NCBI GenBank assembly: GCA_964016885.1
Contig: OZ024740.1
Span: 202,802,001-202,866,000, forward strand
DNA length: 64,000 nt
Reading direction: 5' to 3'
DNA from: Eledone cirrhosa
Lineage: Eukaryota
Below are positions 54,466 through 64,000 of the stretch, piece by piece; position 1 is the first letter of the stretch, and each line of letters begins with the position of its first letter. Made by a program: the position numbers and the translations under genes. The notes under the pieces are model-generated. The model was not told the origin of the DNA. It was given only the letters and a program-made list of their open reading frames with translations, and made no database searches.

Positions 54466-54746
54466 GATGGTTATGATGTGATCTTGACAATGAGAACGAT
54501 GATGAGGGTGATGATGATGATGGTAATGATGATAGGGACGATAGTGATGATGATCATGATCATAATGAGAAATATGATGATGATGATGATGATGACGATG
54601 ACGATGATGAGAACGATGGTGATGTTGATGATGATGATGGTAATGGAGATGATTATGATGCTGATGTTGATGGTACTGGTTATACTTATAATGAGAAGGT
54701 GGAGGAGGAATGGGAGGAGGGAAATAACGGAGGAAGGTGACAATGG

Positions 54747-54782
<36 letters not shown>

Positions 54783-54833
54783 GGGTGGTGGTGGTGGTGG
54801 TGGTGATGATGACGACGATGGTGATGGTGTTGA

Positions 54834-54867
<34 letters not shown>

Positions 54868-55110
54868 GGTGGTGGTGGCAGTGGTGATGACGACGATGGT
54901 GATGGTGTTGATGATGATGATGATGATGATGGTGAAGAGGATAACGACGATGACGATGACGATGATGACGATGATGACGATGACGATGACGATGATGACG
55001 ATGATGACTATGACGATGACGACGACGACGATGATGACGACGACGACGACGACGATGATGACGATGACGATGACGATGACGACGATGACGACGACGACGA
55101 TGACGATGAT
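54466..55110. repeat. (GAT/GAC/GGT)n tract
   Basis: Directly visible. Confidence 0.9.
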
Positions 55111-55175
55111 CCAAAGAATGAAAAGGAAAGGTCAAAGATGGAGATATTTGACCTCCAACTTGAAGTGTGGGCAGT

Positions 55176-55343
55176 AAATAACTGTTTCTACTTTAGGCAC
55201 AAGGCCAGCAATTACCCAGTGTATTACTGGTACTTTATTTTATCGACCCCGTAAGGATGAAAGGCAAAGTTAACCTCGAACTCAGACCATAAAGGGCCGT
55301 AACTCTATGCTGCAAAGCATGGCATCCGACCCACCGATACTGC
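55176..55343 (-). mobile_element. tRNA-derived SINE
   Basis: Same family as 14547. Confidence 0.8.
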
Positions 55344-55404
55344 TAATCTCCCGGGGGAAGTAAATAATGCAAGGTAGTCTGGAGTTTTAAGTCTTTGCCA
55401 CCTC

Positions 55405-55782
55405 TCTTCTTCTTCTTCTTCTTCTTCTTCTTCTTCTTCTTCTTCTTCTTCTTTCTTCTTCTTCTTCTTCTCTTTTCTTTTCTTCTTCTTCTTCTTCTAT
55501 TCTCTTCTTTCTTCTTCTTCTTTCTCTTCTTCTTCTTCTTTTCTTCTTCTTCTTTCTTCTTCTTCTTCTTTCTTTCTTCTTCTTCTTTCTTCTTCTTCTT
55601 CTTCTTCTTCTTTCTTCTTTTTCTTTCTTCTTCTTCTTCTTCTTCATTTTCTTCTTCTTCTTCTTTCTCTTCTTCTTCTTCTTTTTCTTCTTCTTCTTCT
55701 TCTTCTTTTCTTCTTCTTCTTCTTCTTCTTCTTCTTTCTTTTCTTTTCTTCTTCTTCTTCTTCTCTTCTTCTTCTTCTTCTC

Positions 55783-55814
<32 letters not shown>

Positions 55815-56713
55815 TTCATTCTTCTTCTTCTTCTTCTTCTTCTTCTTCTTCTTCTTCTTCTTCTTCTTCTTCTTTCTTCTTCTTCTTCTTCTTCTTCTTC
55901 TTCTTCTTCTTCTTCTTCTTTCTTCTTCTTCTTCTTCTTCTTCTTCTTCTTCTTCTTCTTCTTCTTCTTCTTCTTCTTTCTTCTTCTTCTTCTTCTTCTT
56001 CTTCTTCTTCTTCTTCTTTCTTCTTCTTTTCTTCTTCTTCTTCTTCTTCTTCTTCTTCTTCTTCTTCTCTTCTTCTTCTTCTTCTTCTTCTTCTTCTTCT
56101 TCTCTTTCTTCTTCTTCTTCTTCTTCTTCTTCTTCTTCTTCTTTTTCTTCTTCTTCTTCTTCTTCTTCTTCTTCTTCTTCTTCTTCTTCTTCATTCTTCT
56201 TCTTATTCTTCTTTTTCTTCTTCTTCTTCTTCTTCTTTCTTCTTCTTCTTCTTCTTCTTCTTCTTCTCTTCTTCTCTTCTTCTTCTTCTTCTTCTTTCTT
56301 CTTCTTCTTCTTCTTCTTCTTTCTTCTTCTCTCTTCTTCTTCTTCTTCTTCTTCTTCTTCTTCTTTCTTCTTCTTCTTCTTCTTCTTCTTCTTCTCTTCT
56401 TCTTCTTCTTCTTCTTCTTCTTTTTCTTCTTCTTCTTCTTCTTCTTCTTTTTCTTTCTTCTTCTTCTTCTTCTTCTTCTTCTTCTTCTTCTTCTTTTCTT
56501 TTTCTTCTTCTTCTTCTTCTTCTTCTTCTTCTTCTTCTTCTTTTTCTTTTTCTTCTTCTTCTTCTTCTTCTTCTTCTTCTTCTTCTTCTTCTTCTTCTTC
56601 TTCTTTTTCTTCTTCTTCTTCTTCTTCTTCTTCTTCTTCTTCTTCTTCTTCTTCTTCTTCTTCTTCTTCTTCTTCTTCTTCTTCTTCTTCTTCTTCTTCT
56701 TCTTCTTCTTCTT
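55405..56713. repeat. 1.3-kb (CTT)n/(GAA)n tract
   Basis: Directly visible. Confidence 0.95.
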
Positions 56714-56892
56714 CTCCTTTTACCTGTCTTTCTCTCTCTATCTTTATGCCCTGTTCTATCTCCCCCTCTCTCTCTATCCCTCTATGACTCTCTTTCTCTT
56801 CACACTCTCTCTTGTTTTCTCACCCCCTCTGGCTCTCATTTTCCGTCTTTTTCTCAGTCTACCCGTCTCTCTCTTTTACCCTTTCTTTCTTT

Positions 56893-56941
<49 letters not shown>

Positions 56942-57558
56942 TTCTTTCCTTCTTTATTTATTTATTTATTTCTCTAACTGTCTGTCTGATTATCTATTTC
57001 TCTGCTATTCTTTCCCACTCTCTCTCTCTCTCCATCTCTCTCCCCTTCTCTCTCGTTCTCCCCTTCTCACTCTCCCCCTCTCTCTCTGTCACCCCCCCTT
57101 CTCTCATCCTCTCTCCCTCTCTCTCGTTCTCCCCCTCTCACTCTCCCCCTCTCTCTCTGTCCCCCTCTCTCCCCCTCTCTCCCTATCTCTCCCTCCTCTC
57201 GCGTTCTCACCTTCTCACTCTCCCCCTCTATCTGTCACCCTCTCTCTCCCCTCTCTCTCCCTATCTCGTTCTCACCTTCTCACTCTCCCCCTCTCTCTGT
57301 CACCCCCCCTTCTCTCATCCTCTCTCCCTCTCTCTCACCATCTCTCTCTCTCACCTGTCTCCCCTTCTCTCTCCTTCTCCCCTTCTCTCTCCCCGCCTCT
57401 CCCCGCCTCTCCTCTCTCCTATCACCCCCCTCCCCCCCTCTATATGACACTATATCACTGTATATTCTGTAGCGCCACAACACCGTCTTTGTGCTCCATA
57501 TTAACATTAACACCCGTTTAACCTTGATCAATTCCTAGACTTCAATGTCTCACTATAA

Positions 57559-57885
57559 CACACACACACACACACACACACGTACACACACACACACACA
57601 CACACTCACACACACATACACGCACATACACACACACATTGGTACACACACACAGTCACACACGCATACACACACCCAGACACACATGCATACACACACA
57701 CATACGCACATACACATATATACACACACACACACATACACACACGGATATACACACGGATATACACACGCACGCACATACACACACACACACACGCGCG
57801 CACACATAGACACACACTTGCACACGCATGCATACACATAGACGCACACTCACAGACGCACACACACATACATACACACACACAG

Positions 57886-57917
<32 letters not shown>

Positions 57918-58958
57918 ACACACATTGGTACACACACAGAGACGCACACACAGACACACACAGTCACACACGCATACACACACCCAGACACACATGCATA
58001 CACACACACATACACACATACACATATATACACACACACGCACACGCACGCACACACATACACACACGCATATACACATGCACGCACATACACACACACA
58101 CACACGTGCACACATAGATACACACGCGCACACGCATGCATACACATAGACGCACACTCACAGACACACACACACATACATACACACACACAGACAGACA
58201 CACACACACACACATACACACACACAGATTGGTACACACACACAGACGCACACACAGACACACACAGTCACACACAGTCACACGCATACACACACCCAAA
58301 CACACATATGCATACACACACACATACGCACATACACATACACATATACACACACACACACACGCATGCACACACACACACACACACACACATACACACA
58401 CGCATATACACACACGCGCACATACACACACACGCGCGTGCACACATAGACACACACGCGCACACGCATGCATACACATACACGCACACCCACAGACGCA
58501 CACACACACACGCACACTCACAACACACGCTCACATACACACACATATACACATGCACACACACATGGACACACACACACATACACACACACGCACATAC
58601 AGACACACATGCACACATACACACACAGGCACACACACGCATACACACACACGTACACACAGGCATACACACAGATGCACACACATACATACACGCGCGC
58701 GCGCGCACACATGCACTCACACGTGCACATACAGACACACATACACACAGACACACACGTGCACACATACACACACACACACACACACGCGCACATACAC
58801 ACACACGCGCGCACACATACACATGCGCTCACACACACAGATATACACGTCCACACACACACACACACACGCACATACACACACACGCGCGCACACACAC
58901 ATATGCGCTCACACACACAGATATACACGTCCACACACACACACGCACACACACACAC
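57559..58958. repeat. Degenerate (CA)n with higher-order duplication
   Basis: ATTGGTACACAC recurs at ~57638, ~57923 and ~58228. Confidence 0.85.
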
Positions 58959-59243
58959 CAAATCTCTGTGGTTTATTATGAACATTTGTTCACAAATATA
59001 AAGCTACCAATTTTGGCCATTCTCACATCTGAAAAAGCCATTCCACACCAAAAACGTCAACTCTGTTATTTAATTCCATTGAAAGAATCGCATCAGTAAT
59101 TCCGTCCTTTGATCACGATATTAAAATATATTGATATCGATATTTGCTGAAATAAAATCATGTTTATTTGGCCATCAATGTAAACTCGATTTTATCTAGA
59201 TCTGTACAAAAAAAAATCATGTTTCTCTCTCTCTCTCTCTCTT

Positions 59244-59279
<36 letters not shown>

Positions 59280-59745
59280 CCCCCCTCTCCCTCTCTTTGT
59301 CTCTCTCTCTCTCTATCTTTCTCTCTCCTTCTCTGTCTGTCTATCTGTCTCTCTCTGTGTCAATCTCACTCCCCCCTCCCCTCCCTCCCTCCCTCCCTCC
59401 CTCCCTCTCTCCCTCCTTCCCTCTCCCTCTCCCTCTCTTTGTCTCTCTCTCTCTCTCCCTCTCTGTCTGTCTCTCTGTCTCTCTCTCTCTATGTCTCTCT
59501 CTCGGTCAATCTCACTCTCTTTCCCTCTCTGTCTCTCTCTCACTCTCTCTCTATCTCTATCTATCTATATATATCTCTCTCACTTTCCCTCTCTGTCTGT
59601 CTGTATGTCTGTCTATCTGTCTCTCTCTCTCCCTGTCTCTCTCTCCCCCCTCTCTCTCTCATCCATACCAACACCTGTCACTCCATCTCTTTCTTCAGTT
59701 AAACCGTCTCTTTTTTATTTCATCAACATATGTAAACAACACACA

Positions 59746-59797
<52 letters not shown>

Positions 59798-59879
59798 CAA
59801 CTAAACAATATTATTTAACCAGAAGGATGTTCAGTAGAACCAACAACTTAATGTCCATCATTGAAACTAAGTGAGGTCC

Positions 59880-60420
59880 ATCATTCATCATCGTCATCAT
59901 CACCATCATAATTATCGTCATCATCACCATCATTATCCTTATCATCATCATCATTCACGTCGTCGTCGTCATCACCATCATTATCCTTATCATCATCATC
60001 ATTCACGTCGTCGTCGTCATCATCATCACCATCATTATCCTTATCATCATCATCATTCACGTCGTCGTCGTCATCATCATCATCATCATTATCCCTATCA
60101 TCATCGTCATTAACATCATCACCATCATCATCATCGTCATCAACATCATCACCATCATCATCATCGTCATCATCAGCATCAACACCACCATCATCATCAA
60201 CATTATCATCATCATCATCATCAACATTATCACCATCATCACCATCATCATCGTCATCAACATTATCATCACCATCATCATCATCGTCATCAACATCATC
60301 ACCATCATCATCATCGTCATCATCAGCATCAACACCACCATCATCATCAACATTATCATCATCATCATCATCAACATTATCACCATCATCACCATCATCA
60401 TCGTCATCAACATTATCATC

Positions 60421-60451
<31 letters not shown>

Positions 60452-60560
60452 CCTTCATCCTCATCATCATCATCATCATCATCATCGTCATCACCTTCAT
60501 CATCAACATCATCATCATTATCATCATCAACATCATCACCTTCATCATTATCATCATTAT
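59880..60560. repeat. (CAT)n compound tract
   Basis: Directly visible. Confidence 0.9.
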
Positions 60561-61049
60561 TTTACGTCCGCCTTACCATGCCTGCATGGGTTGGGTGGGT
60601 CTCCTCCAGCACAATTTTACTCAATCCAGTGACAGTGTCGGCCAGGACGAGGGAGAAAGCTTACCACTGAATAGTTTATCTCTTCTGCAACCGGAACCGG
60701 ACACAGAAAAGCAGTGAGTCATTATAACAGACAACATGATGCAAATAAATACTTCCTGTTCCAGTTCCACCATATTTCTCGCTGTTTCTATTGGTTTTGA
60801 GTTTCTAACAGACGAATGTCATTTTAGTTTGCTAAACAACACTTACTAACCAATGAGAACATTAGATAATTTATTATCGTCAACATCTCATATAAACTCA
60901 GGTTTATATTTCATAGACTTGAGTCAACAGGGGGGGAGGGCTTTACATGGTCGCTCAACCTAACTGAAATAACAGCCAAGATATCCATCAAAGCAAACTA
61001 TGTTATCTAAAATAAAAAAGGGTACGTTAAACAATATGGTCTATATCCA

Positions 61050-61365
61050 ATCCAGGGCCTTCTCACTCATGCTAGAGGAATCCCTCCATGGTTGACTCCC
61101 ACCGTTTTCTATTTGGTTTTGGTCATGTCTGGGGTTTAGCCGTACTCACCACACTTAATTGCGTGTTAGTGACGATTTTAAACCCATAGTTGGGGTGGAT
61201 GGCCGTTGACTCTGAGGAGTTCATCCACCCTTTTAACAGCTGGAGTTCGACTTACCTTTCTCACCAGACGCGGGTCTGGTGGAGAAACTGGTTTAGTCAC
61301 CGACCACTCGACCATGAAGCAAGTTGTACTGGCTTACATGGTATCAATAGCAGGTAGAAGCCTGA
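61050..61365 (-). mobile_element. RTE-like 5'-region repeat related to 20964-21150
   Basis: Minus strand GTCGGTGACTAAACC...GGTGAG...GGATGAACTC...GAGTCAACGGCCATCC. Confidence 0.6.
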
Positions 61366-61935
61366 CCTGACTACAGTCTATGGTATATGATAGGTTTAAT
61401 CTATCACTCGATTTAACGCCACCGCCTGGCAGTCCTTGGATGCCTTCAACAGAATTTCGTCTGGACAGTTTTTCGGTTTAAATTGCCTTCTTTCATTTCA
61501 CCAGTTTTGGAAGATATGAAAAGGGTTATAGGCACTGCCCTCCCCCACTCTGAATAAAAAAAAATATAAATAGACGTGATGGTCACTGCTGAAATATTTT
61601 TGATCATAAGTATGTTTAACTAGTATATACCAAGAGCTAACCAACAAAAACGGTGTTTTATATACGTTTTTAGAATTATATTTGACCTAATCGTATCTGA
61701 CTTAGTTATTTCTGATCTAACTGTACGTGGCCTAACTGCATCTTTGTACCTGACTTAATGCATATTTTATATGTATGTTCGATTAAGCGTTCTCTTCTAA
61801 CGAAAGCCAGTTTCATTCAGAACAGCAACTTCTCCATTTCATCGATAGGCCCTTGTCACATCTTTGTTATTATCGTTGACTGCAATGATAGCCGAACATT
61901 TTAATGCGACTAAAACTTTTCTTTTATCCTTAATA

Positions 61936-62320
61936 AGGGTTTCTGATTTAGGTACAAGACCAACAATGTTGAGAGGAAGGGAAAGTCGATTAAATCAACC
62001 TCAGTGTGTGAATGGTAATTGATTTTATCGATCCCGTAAGGATGAAAGGCAAAGCTAACATCGGCGGAATTTGAACTCAAAACGTAAAGGGTCGTAACTT
62101 TATGCTGAAAAGGTATGTTGTCCGACGCTCTACCGATACTGCCAATCCACCGGCTTCTTCTTATCCTTAAAAATGGTTTCTAATTTAGGCACAAGGCCAG
62201 CATTTTACTTGCAATTTACTTGCTGGTACCTTATGGTACCTTACGTAATGATGAAAGGTAAAGATAACTTTATGCCGCGAAACATGTTGTTCAGCGCTCT
62301 ACCGATACTGCCAATCCACC
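61936..62320 (-). mobile_element. Two tandem tRNA-derived SINE copies
   Basis: Same family as 14547. Confidence 0.7.
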
Positions 62321-62811
62321 ACCCTCTCCTTATCCATAATTATAGTAGAGATAGTTGAATAAGATAACTGGAAATCACGTGCAACACTTATTTACTTTTA
62401 TCCCCGCCTCACGTAAGCTAATTAAATTTATTTTAACTTTTAAATTAAGTGACTTCATTTGCTCTTTGACTGGTGTGTATGTATGGTTCTGGTGAGGAGG
62501 GTAAGTGGAATACCAGTAGAACAAGAAGAGCTGTTAAAAGGGGGGATGAACTCCTCGCAGTCAACAGCCTTCCATCCCAATTGTATGTGTGAGAGTCTTT
62601 CACTGATTCACTGGAAAGAAATCAGCTAAGTCCAGGCCCAGAGAGGGATAGTTTAAACGTACCCAGGGCAAACCTTATACCACAATAGTGCCTCTAAGAC
62701 TCAATGAGGAGTTCAGAACCTACGGTACCATGGCATGGTATAATCTAGAAAATGATCACTTCGTTTTTTATTTGTTTTGCAAGATTCTTGATATGAAATT
62801 GTGTGTTGAAA

Positions 62812-64000
62812 CAGATATTGCTATATTTTGGGAGGTTCATGGTGCCAATAAAAGCACACGGCCCAGATATTGGTATATTTTGGGAGGTTCATGGTGCCAA
62901 TAAAAGCACACAGCCCAGATATTGGTATATTTTGGGAGGTTCATGGTGCCAATAAAAGGACAAGGCCCAGATATTGCTATATTTTGGGAGGTTCATGGTG
63001 CCAATAAAAGCACACGGCCCAGATATTGCTATATTTTGGGAGGTTCATAGTGCCAATAAAAGCACACGGCCCAGATATTGGTATATTTTGGGAGGTTCAT
63101 GGTGCCAATAAAAGCACACGGCCCAGATATTGGCATATTTTGGGAGGTTCATGGTGCCAATAAAAGCACACGGCCCAGATATTGGTATATTTTGGGAGGT
63201 TCATGGTGCCAATAAAAGCACACGGCCCAGATATTGGTATATTTTGGGAGGTTCATGGTGCCAATAAAAGCACACGGCCCAGATATTGGTATATTTTGAG
63301 AGGTTCATGGTGCCAATAAAAGCACACGGCCCAGATATTGCTATATTTTGAGAGGTTCATGGTGCCAATAAAAGCACACGGCCCAGATATTGGTATATTT
63401 TGGGAGGTTCATGGTGCCAATAAAAGCACACAGCCCAGATATTGGTATAGTTTGGGAGGTTCATGGTGCCAATAAAAGCACACAGCCCAGATATTGCTAT
63501 ATTTTGAGAGGTTCATGGTGCCAATAAAAGCACACGGCCCAGATATTGGTATATTTTGGGAGGTTCATGGTGCCAATAAAAGCACACGGCCCAGATATTG
63601 GTATATTTTGGGAGGTTCATGGTGCCAATAAAAGCACACGGCCCAGATATTGCTATATTTTGAGAGGTTCATGGTGCCAAAAAAATCACACGGCCCAGAT
63701 ATTGGTATATTTTGGGAGGTTCATGGTGCCAATAAAAGTACACGGCCCAGATATTGGTATAGTTTGGGAGGTTCATGGTGCTAATAAAAGCACACGGCCC
63801 AGATATTGGTATATTTTGGGAGGTTCATGGTGCCAATAAAAGTACACGGCCCAGATATTGGTATATTTTGGGAGGTTCATGGTGCCAATAAAAGCACACA
63901 GCTCAGATATTGGTATATTTTGGGAGGTTCATGGTGCTAATAAAAGCACACGGCCCAGATATTGGTATATTTTGGGAGGTTCATGGTACCAATAAAAGCA
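62812..64000. repeat. 52-bp minisatellite, ~23 copies, runs off the window
   Basis: CAGATATTGGTATATTTTGGGAGGTTCATGGTGCCAATAAAAGCACACGGCC repeated head-to-tail. Confidence 0.97.

Noticed and set aside
54406-55254. Asp-rich 282-aa biomineralisation-like ORF
   Set aside because: A (GAT)n tract that starts in an RTE remnant and ends in a SINE.
62812-64000. CRISPR-like array
   Set aside because: 52-bp units are contiguous with no unique spacers, the context is eukaryotic and there are no cas genes. It is a minisatellite.

Overview
Gene-poor, extremely repeat-rich eukaryotic DNA. The microsatellite load and SINE/LINE repertoire resemble an octopus/coleoid cephalopod genome (inference, not proven). 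No intact host protein-coding gene is supported, and almost all ORFs in the track are microsatellite artefacts. The window is a mosaic of microsatellites and minisatellites, tRNA-derived SINEs, decayed non-LTR retrotransposons (R4/Dong-like, RTE, CRE-like, I/Ingi-like with RNase H), Helitron-like non-autonomous elements, hAT and mariner-type MITEs, and Penelope-like element (PLE) remnants. The main signal is about 20 type I hammerhead ribozyme (HHR) motifs from many sequence-unrelated families, most lying in short inserts within (TA)n tracts. Many of these inserts share one polarised fold-back architecture: (TA)n - inverted partial copy - optional body - HHR-bearing terminal repeat - unique tail - microsatellite. 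A GIY-YIG-coding PLE at 46.4-48.4 kb shows the same layout at full scale. A second, distinct class of inverted duplication is centred on (TA)n tracts. All motif folds were done by eye, and element boundaries are approximate.
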